In this document: positions 21,479 to 30,205 of the stretch, one piece after another
Position numbering within the stretch: the stretch's first letter is position 1
Layout of the letters: each line of letters begins with the position of its first letter
Virus record (IMG/VR): IMGVR_UViG_3300036761_000480
Coordinates: 1 to 61,446 of that record
Length of the DNA stretch: 61,446 nt
Strand: one strand, 5' to 3'
From: a virus
Lineage: Duplodnaviria; Caudoviricetes
The notes under the pieces: model-generated
What the model was told of the DNA's origin: nothing
What the model saw: only the letters and a program-made list of their open reading frames with translations
The model's database searches: none
Made by a program: the position numbers and the translations under genes

Positions 21479-24400
21479 TTAACAATTAACAACATCATTT
21501 ACAAGTCCGCTTGCAGTTATTTGTAATGCGTACCAAATACCATTTCTAATTGCTCTATACCAATTTCCATCACCTATGAAATTATCCGTACAATCCGAAT
21601 CATTATATATGTAGTCGCCAGGAACTGGTGGATAATGGCCCTCAGGCATATATAATGTTCCCGTTGGTGATCCTCCAGCGCAAGCTAAAATTGACGAACC
21701 GTAACTACTAATTAAATAAACCCCATATGCTACAAATGCGGGTGGTGTAGGAGTAGTCGGCGGTGCAATAGGATTGCCTTCACAATCTACACATGCGCTA
21801 TGACCAAACGAATCTAATGATACAATGCCAATATTCATATAACCTAAATCTATATAATCCTGTTCAGTTGTTGTAGATCCAGCAACTATATATGCGTAAT
21901 TTGGATCACAATTGACTCCTCCCCATACAAGATTTCCTGAACTAAGATATCCTGAAAGAGATTGTGCATAATAATAATTACCTATATAACCTTCAACACA
22001 TTTAACTAATCTATAATAGAATGCTTCAGGTGGATAAGGAGTAGGTGTTACTATTGGAGTTGCCGTTACTGTTACTGTTGGAGTAGGTGGTATTGGGCTT
22101 GGCGTTGGCGTTATATCAGGAATCGGGCAACCGACTACGCCAGTTGAAAATGCCCCTTTTGGCCCAAAATATTTAATTAACAAATCTAATGCTGAATTTC
22201 CGGGTCTTAATCCAAAATAAAATAAGAAAGGAGATGATAATACTTGATGTCGCCCGTCATAATTTTGAACAGTTTGAAATATAAATGTTTCTCTATCTCC
22301 CTTTACATATTCATATGGTTGCAATGTCCATGTTTTATTAACAACAACATATATAAGACCTTTTTGTGGATCCTTTATTGATCCTAATGTGACATATAAC
22401 CACAAATCACCTTCTATATATTGTAATGCCCCATTTGGCGATTCATCAGCTGGATAGTAACTAATTATTTCAAACCGTTCTAATATATCTACAGTACTGC
22501 CAGTTACACTAAATGTACTATGGTCTATTGTCATTGGCATTAAAAGATACTCTTCCTCACCATCAGGCATTAAATAATTTGTTCTTCCTATTCTTAAAAA
22601 CAAAGAATCATAAATTGTGGTTTCGGTTACTCCGCTTATAGAGAACATTCTTTGTAGTGGCATTGAGGCAATTGCTGTCTTGTCCCACGCTTGATCATCG
22701 GATATAGGCCCGTAACCTCCAAACCCTGTACCTCCTTTATCCCATAAATAAAATGGAACTGTTTGTGAATAATCACCTAATCTATTATTAAGACACATTC
22801 TAATATGAGCCCCATTAGAATCGAATTTTAAATCTATTGGTGTTGGGCCGAAATCATTACCCGATTTAAAATATTCAGCAAAATTTATATCTTCAGGATC
22901 TAAATATTCATCATTATACATATAATAATGAGGGCTATCTAAATCAAAAGCCTCAATACCTGCCTCACAATTAATTGATATCAATTGGGTAATATCTCCA
23001 TCAAAAACTTTTATTCTATGATTATATGCTGGGCCGTCAAAAAAATCATTAATATCAAAATTCGAATTAGTAATATCCATCCTATAGTTTATTGCATACT
23101 CTACAATATTTGCCGCGTCCTGATAAGATGTTGATCCGATATCCCTGATTACCGAGCATGCTGGGTCAACCGCAGGATCATAACATATTTCATATAAAAA
23201 TTCATCCCTAACTCCCACATCATAAAAGGTGGTAGGGTGTAGAATTTCCTTGGCGCCGCTGGTTGGATTCGTTTGTCCTATAAACCCACTTGCTAAATTA
23301 TAGGGCGTGCTTCTATAATAAAAATTCTTATCCAATATATTAAAGAAAACAAGTTCTCGTGGATATCTGGTTCCTCTTTGATTTAGATCATATATATCTT
23401 CATTATCCCATCGAACTCTTTTATCAAATTTGAAAAAATATAATAAACCATTTAACCAATTATCTATAAAAGAATAATTTACAACACCTCCACAAAACGA
23501 TAATCCGATTCTTTTTCGTCTATACCATTCTTGTATAGCTGGAGTGTTATTACTTCTACCTCTTATTACTGGAATTATAGTGAACTCACCATCTCTAAAT
23601 TCAGAATACCCAGATTTGGTTTTTCTATCATATATTCCTCTCCCTATTCTACGGTAAGGCACATATCTCGGCATTCTCAGAGCTCCTGTTCGACCAATTA
23701 CTGTTGATAACAAATTAACGCGAATCGCATCTGGAAGAATAGATTCCATATATGTCGGATCTTCCAAATATACTCCACTACTAGGATGAAGAGGTAAATA
23801 AGTACTTCCATATGTTGTTCCAGATGACCAAATATATGACATTCTTATACCCTCATTATATGTCTTGTCATATTTAGTACACCCTTCTTCAATTTCAGTA
23901 GTGGTTGTGCCTGTTAATATTACCTCTTTTGCGTATGCCCTATCGTATATTCTTATAACAACATATAGATAAGTATCAACAAATGGATCGGAATTATTGA
24001 TACCTGTTAATTCTTCAAACACATCAGAAGGATATGTCACTTGCCAATTTCCGCCATAATCAACAAATGTTATATCCTCGGAACTCTGGATCGGCGACTG
24101 AAGATTTGAAACATACTCACTTATAATTGTTTGCCTGGTTACATTTGCCCACCCGTATATTTCAACCACATATCTTGGCACTGTACCTAATCCATCGATA
24201 TATATCAAATTAGTTACATCTGATAACATATCAAGAGCTGAAAAATCTAATGCTGGAGCTCCTACACATGGACTATCAGGATCTCTTGCATATTCTCCAG
24301 GAAAGAAATTAGAGGTTTCCGTTACTCCAGTCAAAAATGTTGAATCTGTTATAGTGTTACGCCAGATGTCATCTGTTGGCGGGAGATTATTCGGAACAAC

Positions 24401-26347
24401 AAATCCGATTGCATTAATATTTGGCCCCCATGAATAATTAAGATGAACTTCCATTTTGATTTCAGCCATTCTACAATATGAATCAGCATATGATGTATCA
24501 GATATCACGGATTCATTTACAGTTGAGCATTCCTCACAATCTGGATAAATTGTTAGAGGAAGTTGTTGCGTAAACCTATCTTGAATTCTATATGCTAAAT
24601 CTTCTAATTGTTCAGAAAATCTTCTGAATGGCCTCCACGAACCAAGACCTAATCCGTAAAAAAAACTATGTATTGCATAGAAAAATTTTCCCAATAATTC
24701 ACCAATCTTTACAAAAATAACGGTAACAATATATTGTAAAAACAACAATACCTGAGATAATATTAAATTAAACTTAGCTCTATTTTTAAATCCAAAATTA
24801 GTTGGGAAATAGTTGGCGCTGGATGCACAATCTTCATCTGCCGTTGGTCTTATTTGTTTAATGCCTAAAAATGAATCTCGTTTATTTCCATCAAAATGAG
24901 ATCCCTGAAATGATGAAACGGTATATACTTTACCATATATAAATTTATAAAAATAATCTTCAGGTATGTTATTATTATTAATTCCAAGCATTAAATCTTT
25001 TTTATGTGATTTCTCAGACGTGCCGTAATTTGTTGTAACTAATGATGTTGTACCTGTTGGAGGGATCACAGTTATATAATCTTCAAATACTTCTGAAAAT
25101 TGATATGTTGCTAACATGCCTTCATTGAATTCTATATCATCGCCATACCCATAAGATGTCCCCTGAGAATTTGGATTAAATTCTCTAATATTTGGTACGA
25201 GATATTTTGCAGTTGTTATTTTACCATCTGATACATCTAATCCAAATCTAAATCTAGCAATAGCTGTGGTAGCAATCCCTTTATTTGCGTCGTTTGTTGT
25301 TTCTTGTTCTCCAAATTCATTTGTATAAACATACTCTAAATTCATTGGTAAGACTGCCATAATAATGCCGTCTTCATCAATAACTTCAGTAATGTTTAAA
25401 GTTTCTAATTCTGGATAAAGTGTAACACCATCAGATGCATAAACTTTACGCCCCGTATAGCGAATACACTCAACACTTCCACTTGTAGTTTGTAAATTAC
25501 ATTTATATCCTGTATTTTTTTTGATTCTTCCGCTTCTTTTAACAGCATCACTATTATCATCTGTCACCGCTGATGCTAGGATTAATGATATTGGTTCTAT
25601 TTTAATACCTTTACTTGATAAATCGAAATCTGTTCTTGTTATTCCTATTTCACATAATTCTTCATTACCCCAAAATGGATACACATTTATAGTTTGATCA
25701 TATGAAATTATTTGTGGTAACCCATCAATGTCGGAACTTGATTTAAATTTATAATATCTTTCAAATTCATCAAGTCCAACGCCCCTTTTAATAAAATCAT
25801 ATGGCCTAAGTGAAAAACAACCAATATCTGATAAATCAATATCAACATGTAAAACTTGGGTTCCAACTGGAACTCCCCATATCATAAAATCTCCAGAACT
25901 GTTTGTTTTAACAGTATATTTGTAATAACTTTCGAATACTTCAAGACATTCTTCTCTTGTCAAGATATCTTCTTGATCAAAAAATGTTCCTGTTGGAGCG
26001 TGTCCTGAATGCTGCTGTCTTGCTGGTAGTAAATTATATCGATACCCATTTTCATCTTTATCGATCACACTTGTATATGGATATAATTTCGAAATAACCG
26101 GATCATCTACATCGAGATCGCTTTGAGGAATAAAAATTGAGACTTTTGCGTTAGGAACGCCAAACCCATTATTAGCTGAAATACGACCTACAACAACTCC
26201 ATATTCAGAACAATTACCTGATGCATATATGTCTTTCTGCGAGAATTTTAGTGAGAGTATTTCAATCAAATCATATGTATCTAAAATTTCAACATTAACC
26301 TTTTGATCTCTTCCGATATTGGTATATATTCTGTGTTTTTGTATCAT
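21479..26347 (-). CDS. Large virion structural protein with N-terminal carboxypeptidase-regulatory-like beta-sandwich
   Basis: GVVVGRISANNGFGVPNAKVSIF..TVKTNSSGDFMIWGVPVG; PT linker and Cys-containing C-terminal modules; follows the baseplate wedge genes. Confidence 0.7.
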   Translation of the reverse strand: MIQKHRIYTNIGRDQKVNVEILDTYDLIEILSLKFSQKDIYASGNCSEYGVVVGRISANNGFGVPNAKVSIFIPQSDLDVDDPVISKLYPYTSVIDKDENGYRYNLLPARQQHSGHAPTGTFFDQEDILTREECLEVFESYYKYTVKTNSSGDFMIWGVPVGTQVLHVDIDLSDIGCFSLRPYDFIKRGVGLDEFERYYKFKSSSDIDGLPQIISYDQTINVYPFWGNEELCEIGITRTDFDLSSKGIKIEPISLILASAVTDDNSDAVKRSGRIKKNTGYKCNLQTTSGSVECIRYTGRKVYASDGVTLYPELETLNITEVIDEDGIIMAVLPMNLEYVYTNEFGEQETTNDANKGIATTAIARFRFGLDVSDGKITTAKYLVPNIREFNPNSQGTSYGYGDDIEFNEGMLATYQFSEVFEDYITVIPPTGTTSLVTTNYGTSEKSHKKDLMLGINNNNIPEDYFYKFIYGKVYTVSSFQGSHFDGNKRDSFLGIKQIRPTADEDCASSANYFPTNFGFKNRAKFNLILSQVLLFLQYIVTVIFVKIGELLGKFFYAIHSFFYGLGLGSWRPFRRFSEQLEDLAYRIQDRFTQQLPLTIYPDCEECSTVNESVISDTSYADSYCRMAEIKMEVHLNYSWGPNINAIGFVVPNNLPPTDDIWRNTITDSTFLTGVTETSNFFPGEYARDPDSPCVGAPALDFSALDMLSDVTNLIYIDGLGTVPRYVVEIYGWANVTRQTIISEYVSNLQSPIQSSEDITFVDYGGNWQVTYPSDVFEELTGINNSDPFVDTYLYVVIRIYDRAYAKEVILTGTTTTEIEEGCTKYDKTYNEGIRMSYIWSSGTTYGSTYLPLHPSSGVYLEDPTYMESILPDAIRVNLLSTVIGRTGALRMPRYVPYRRIGRGIYDRKTKSGYSEFRDGEFTIIPVIRGRSNNTPAIQEWYRRKRIGLSFCGGVVNYSFIDNWLNGLLYFFKFDKRVRWDNEDIYDLNQRGTRYPRELVFFNILDKNFYYRSTPYNLASGFIGQTNPTSGAKEILHPTTFYDVGVRDEFLYEICYDPAVDPACSVIRDIGSTSYQDAANIVEYAINYRMDITNSNFDINDFFDGPAYNHRIKVFDGDITQLISINCEAGIEAFDLDSPHYYMYNDEYLDPEDINFAEYFKSGNDFGPTPIDLKFDSNGAHIRMCLNNRLGDYSQTVPFYLWDKGGTGFGGYGPISDDQAWDKTAIASMPLQRMFSISGVTETTIYDSLFLRIGRTNYLMPDGEEEYLLMPMTIDHSTFSVTGSTVDILERFEIISYYPADESPNGALQYIEGDLWLYVTLGSIKDPQKGLIYVVVNKTWTLQPYEYVKGDRETFIFQTVQNYDGRHQVLSSPFLFYFGLRPGNSALDLLIKYFGPKGAFSTGVVGCPIPDITPTPSPIPPTPTVTVTATPIVTPTPYPPEAFYYRLVKCVEGYIGNYYYAQSLSGYLSSGNLVWGGVNCDPNYAYIVAGSTTTEQDYIDLGYMNIGIVSLDSFGHSACVDCEGNPIAPPTTPTPPAFVAYGVYLISSYGSSILACAGGSPTGTLYMPEGHYPPVPGDYIYNDSDCTDNFIGDGNWYRAIRNGIWYALQITASGLVNDVVNC

Positions 26348-26381
26348 CTCATATGTGAACTATTCTTATAAATAGAAACTT

Positions 26382-26503
26382 TTCAGTTTTCCATAAGATA
26401 CGTGAACTACCCTCTAACTAAAATTTATGGGCTTCATGAGTCATCACTCCCACTAATGTGGGCAGTTCGTCATGATTTTCTTGTCTATGTTCCACAGACA
26501 AAT
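26382..26503 (-). ncRNA. omegaRNA of tnpB (scaffold about 26503-26402 overlapping the 3' end of tnpB; guide GTATCTTATGGAAAACTGAA)
   Basis: Ends ...GGGTAGTTCAC like IS200/605 right ends; GAACTGCCC can pair with GGGTAGTTC; hairpins TTGTCTG/TAGACAA and CCCAC/GTGGG; true 5' end unknown. Confidence 0.75.
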
Positions 26504-27581
26504 AATTTCTTAAAGCAAAATTCTTAATATTTATAGCGGCGTTAAAATCTCTATCATGTACAGTACCACAACCATTACATATCCATTCTCTGTCTTTCAA
26601 TTCGAGTTCTTTATTAATATTGCCACAAATATGACAAGTTTTACTTGATGGTTCGAATCTTCCAATTTGTAAAATATTTTTACCATACCATTCTGATTTA
26701 TATTTCAACATATCAACAAACATTCCCCATCCAACATCTGAAATTGATTGAGATAGGTTATGATTTTGTAACATACCCTTAATATTAAGATTTTCAGTGG
26801 CAACACTATCGTGGCTCTTGATTAGTTGCGTTGAAATTTTATTTAAATAATCTTTGCGTTGATTAGTAACATATTCATACAAAATATTTAATCTATGTTT
26901 TGTTCGTTTACCTTTATATTTTGAATATTTACTCTGAATATATTTTAATCTTGATTCTGATTTTTTAAAAAATTTGGGATTATCGAACCTCAATCCATCA
27001 GAAGTAACTAAAAATGATTTAATACCCAAATCAATTCCAATGGTATTATTAATGGTTATATTGGATTTAATCGGAGTTACTATATTATTTTCAACTAATA
27101 TCGACACAAAATATTTACCCGTCGGTGTTTTACTAATAGTGGCTTGTTTGATGATTCCTTTAAATACTCTATGTAATATAATTTTAATACCTTTTTTAAA
27201 TTTAGGAATGATCAATTTATTATTATCAAAATCCACAATAACATTTTGTGGTATGTTAAAAGATTGTCTTGCTGATTTCTTTTTAAAATTTGGGAAATCT
27301 GCTTGTCCCTTAAAAAATTTAGTAAAAGCGTTATCCAAATGCGTTATTGATTGTTGCAATGATTGTGAGTTAATTTCTTTAAGCCAAGCACATTCTTTTT
27401 TTAAATCAGGAAGTTGTTTCATTAAATCAAAACATCCTAAATTAACTTTGTTGCCGGCATATGCGGTTTGCTTCGTTTCTAAAGCGAGATTATATAAAAA
27501 TCTACAACTACCAATATGTTTGTTTATTAGTTCTTGTTGAGTCCTAGTCGGTTCGATTCGATATTTATACGATTTAATCAT
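26418..27581 (-). CDS. tnpB: IS200/IS605-family RNA-guided endonuclease TnpB (no tnpA in window)
   Basis: N-terminal KSYKYRIEPT HTH; RuvC triad GIDLG / ATENLN / DRDFNAAINI; Zn finger CHICG..CNGCG. Confidence 0.95.
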   Translation of the reverse strand: MIKSYKYRIEPTRTQQELINKHIGSCRFLYNLALETKQTAYAGNKVNLGCFDLMKQLPDLKKECAWLKEINSQSLQQSITHLDNAFTKFFKGQADFPNFKKKSARQSFNIPQNVIVDFDNNKLIIPKFKKGIKIILHRVFKGIIKQATISKTPTGKYFVSILVENNIVTPIKSNITINNTIGIDLGIKSFLVTSDGLRFDNPKFFKKSESRLKYIQSKYSKYKGKRTKHRLNILYEYVTNQRKDYLNKISTQLIKSHDSVATENLNIKGMLQNHNLSQSISDVGWGMFVDMLKYKSEWYGKNILQIGRFEPSSKTCHICGNINKELELKDREWICNGCGTVHDRDFNAAINIKNFALRNYLSVEHRQENHDELPTLVGVMTHEAHKF

Positions 27582-27632
27582 CGAATATAAATATCGTGAT
27601 TTTATAGAAAAATCATTTTTATTTAAAAATAA

Positions 27633-29465
27633 TTAATATGTAGTCGAAGAAAGATTTTTTGTTCTTATTTTTATATCCACATTAGGAAATCTAATCTGAA
27701 ATATTTGATTTGACTTCATATATATAGTACTATCAGACTGTCGAATTTCTTTAGTTGCATCACTCACATATGACTGTGATACTTGAGATGATGAATAACT
27801 TCCTCCTGTTTTATTAAACACTCTTATATCCACCACGTTTACAACCCCGCCGACATTCCCGATTTCTCTCTTTAAATCACCAACTAATAACGGATCTCCC
27901 ATTTTCCTTTTCGTTGGTGAAAAGAATGATGTTGTCTGGTCAATAACAGTTTTTATAATATCGGTTGAATTTTCATTTTTATTGACAACTAAATCGATTT
28001 CTAATCCCATATCTATTACTTCACCACTTTGTATATCTAGATAATCATTTAACATCCTATAATTAGAAAGATAATTTAATACGTTATTTTTTAATGTATT
28101 TGAGACAGTATCAATTAAATTACCATTTTCATCATATGACAACATTTTAATTCTAACTTTATTATCTTCTTCCATTACATTAACTTTTGCTGGCGCTCCA
28201 TAAGTAGACGGCATAGTTTCAATCATTGATTTATAATCATTTAATGTTACTGCTCTATTTTGTGCAGCAAAATTATATGCTACCATATTTCTTATTTCTT
28301 CAATTGTTGGGGCGTCCGCTCCACCGATTGCTGGCGTAACATTCGTTACTCTCATTGACTGATTTACTTGATTATTTATTGAAGTATTTGGCCCATTTAC
28401 CATATAATCATATGAATCCATAGTTGTTATAACACTAATACCGATATTTGTATCTTTACCTCCGCCAATTCTATATTTTATAAACAATGTCGTGTTTGGT
28501 TTTGGTATTGCTCCCAGCGATATATTATTCAAGAATGTAGCAAGGTTTACTTTCATTGATCCACTCATATAATTGTCTAAGTTATCCATTGGATCGACAT
28601 TACCAGATCCGAAAGTTAACATAAAGTAGCCTTCTGGCAGGTATTCTGCACAAAATTTATTAGTAACTTTAACATAATCACCTGCTTTGAAATTGTCACT
28701 ATCAGATGCTGCCGTTGAATTTTCAATAAAAACTTTATCTTCGATCAATGATTTAACTTCATACCATTTATTTAGCGAAGAAATGAATTCATCTGATGTT
28801 GGATTTCCGCCAAAACTCGTTCCGTCTTTGTGTATAACTGACATCACTCCCAAAACATTTTTTTCAGGAAGATATATTTTTAGAAATGGCTTTTGATCCA
28901 CATCAGTAATAACTTTTCGATATATTCTTGTTATACCATTAATGACAGCTTCTCTTTTTGTTATTGTATATGATACTAATTTTTTATTGGTATTAAAATT
29001 CGGTATTTTTAATCTATTGGATTCACCTCTACTATTAAAAGGGCTTGAAAAATCCACATCTTCAACAATTTCAAAAACTTGTCCTCCACCTGAAACTTGA
29101 GATCCTGCTTTTAGTATTCCTTCATATCTTTCATCATCTTTATCTCCATTAACTGGCACATTTATACTAAAATCACATAAAGCCACAGATGGCCTTAATC
29201 CTGGTAATTTAATTCCATATGTTTTAGCAATGTGAAATAACGATTGTCTTTGCTGAGCAAAGTCCAACATTGTTTCTTGCCATACTCTATCAATATGAAA
29301 ATGTAGATTATCAGCTACAGCGGCATTTAAATCTAATAATACCGAATAGATTGAAGCATCGTTAAAATTAGAAATTAAATCTGGATAGTATTGTTGTGTT
29401 AATTTAACCAAGTCATCTCTAAGACTGGCAAAATCCCTTTGGGCATATGATATTCCTTTTGACAT
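27633..29465 (-). CDS. Baseplate wedge subunit (T4 gp6 / baseplate J-like)
   Basis: ISYAQRDFASLR..YYPD..NFNDAS; FGSG; YRIGGG; AIGGADAPTIEEIR..FAAQNRAVTLNDY. Confidence 0.9.
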   Translation of the reverse strand: MSKGISYAQRDFASLRDDLVKLTQQYYPDLISNFNDASIYSVLLDLNAAVADNLHFHIDRVWQETMLDFAQQRQSLFHIAKTYGIKLPGLRPSVALCDFSINVPVNGDKDDERYEGILKAGSQVSGGGQVFEIVEDVDFSSPFNSRGESNRLKIPNFNTNKKLVSYTITKREAVINGITRIYRKVITDVDQKPFLKIYLPEKNVLGVMSVIHKDGTSFGGNPTSDEFISSLNKWYEVKSLIEDKVFIENSTAASDSDNFKAGDYVKVTNKFCAEYLPEGYFMLTFGSGNVDPMDNLDNYMSGSMKVNLATFLNNISLGAIPKPNTTLFIKYRIGGGKDTNIGISVITTMDSYDYMVNGPNTSINNQVNQSMRVTNVTPAIGGADAPTIEEIRNMVAYNFAAQNRAVTLNDYKSMIETMPSTYGAPAKVNVMEEDNKVRIKMLSYDENGNLIDTVSNTLKNNVLNYLSNYRMLNDYLDIQSGEVIDMGLEIDLVVNKNENSTDIIKTVIDQTTSFFSPTKRKMGDPLLVGDLKREIGNVGGVVNVVDIRVFNKTGGSYSSSQVSQSYVSDATKEIRQSDSTIYMKSNQIFQIRFPNVDIKIRTKNLSSTTY

Positions 29466-29466
29466 A

Positions 29467-29916
29467 TTAAATGTTTATTATTATAAAATCTGATGTTGAA
29501 AATGTTCCATTATTAACAGTATAATCTAATTTAACTCTTGCTGTGTATGGCTTAGACGAATCATCAGAAACTCTAAATAAGCGAGCATCTTCATCTTCTT
29601 GTGGCATTGACGGTGTTTCTGGATCATCTTCTGCCGACATAATAGCTATTGAATTTACATCTAAATTTGGTATATATTTTCTTATTCCTTCTCTTATTTC
29701 GTCTTCTATATGATTAAACGATACCACATCATTTTGATCGAAAATATATTCATATAATCTAGTACCGAAATCAGGTAAAAAATACCTACTACCTTTTCTT
29801 GTTAAAAGTAAATGTATAAGATCCGCTCTTACTTCTCTCTCAGGAGTAGATGTCATTCTTACATAATTTCCAATCGCACTATCCCTAAATGGATAATCTA
29901 TACCGTATGTTGCCAT
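29467..29916 (-). CDS. Baseplate wedge protein gp25/GPW-like
   Basis: GIDYPF..LIHLLLTRKGSRYFLPDFGTRLYEYIF. Confidence 0.92.
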   Translation of the reverse strand: MATYGIDYPFRDSAIGNYVRMTSTPEREVRADLIHLLLTRKGSRYFLPDFGTRLYEYIFDQNDVVSFNHIEDEIREGIRKYIPNLDVNSIAIMSAEDDPETPSMPQEDEDARLFRVSDDSSKPYTARVKLDYTVNNGTFSTSDFIIINI

Positions 29917-29963
29917 ATTTCATAAATATAATGAAATAAAAAAGATAATTATATGAAAAATAA

Positions 29964-29987
29964 AAACCCGTCGAATTAGACGGGTTT
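29964..29987 (-). terminator. Intrinsic terminator hairpin downstream of nrdJ and the small ORF
   Basis: AAACCCGTC-gaatta-GACGGGTTT perfect inverted repeat flanked by A/T tracts. Confidence 0.8.
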
Positions 29988-29991
29988 AAAA

Positions 29992-30174
29992 TTACTTTTC
30001 GATATGGTCGTGTTTTTTTAACCATTCTTCGATGTAAGAAATGTCATTACTGACAAATCCATCGTAGAAATCTGCTTGAAAATCCCTTACAAGCGCTCGT
30101 AAGTCATATTGCGTTAAAAAATAACCGCCCATATACTTATCATTTTTTACAATTTTGTACTCTGCTGGTATCAT
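29992..30174 (-). CDS. Hypothetical protein (60 aa)
   Basis: Co-oriented ORF filling the gap between nrdJ and the terminator. Confidence 0.6.
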   Translation of the reverse strand: MIPAEYKIVKNDKYMGGYFLTQYDLRALVRDFQADFYDGFVSNDISYIEEWLKKHDHIEK

Positions 30175-30205
30175 TTAAATTATTTTTAATATAGTGCCCT
30201 TAAAT

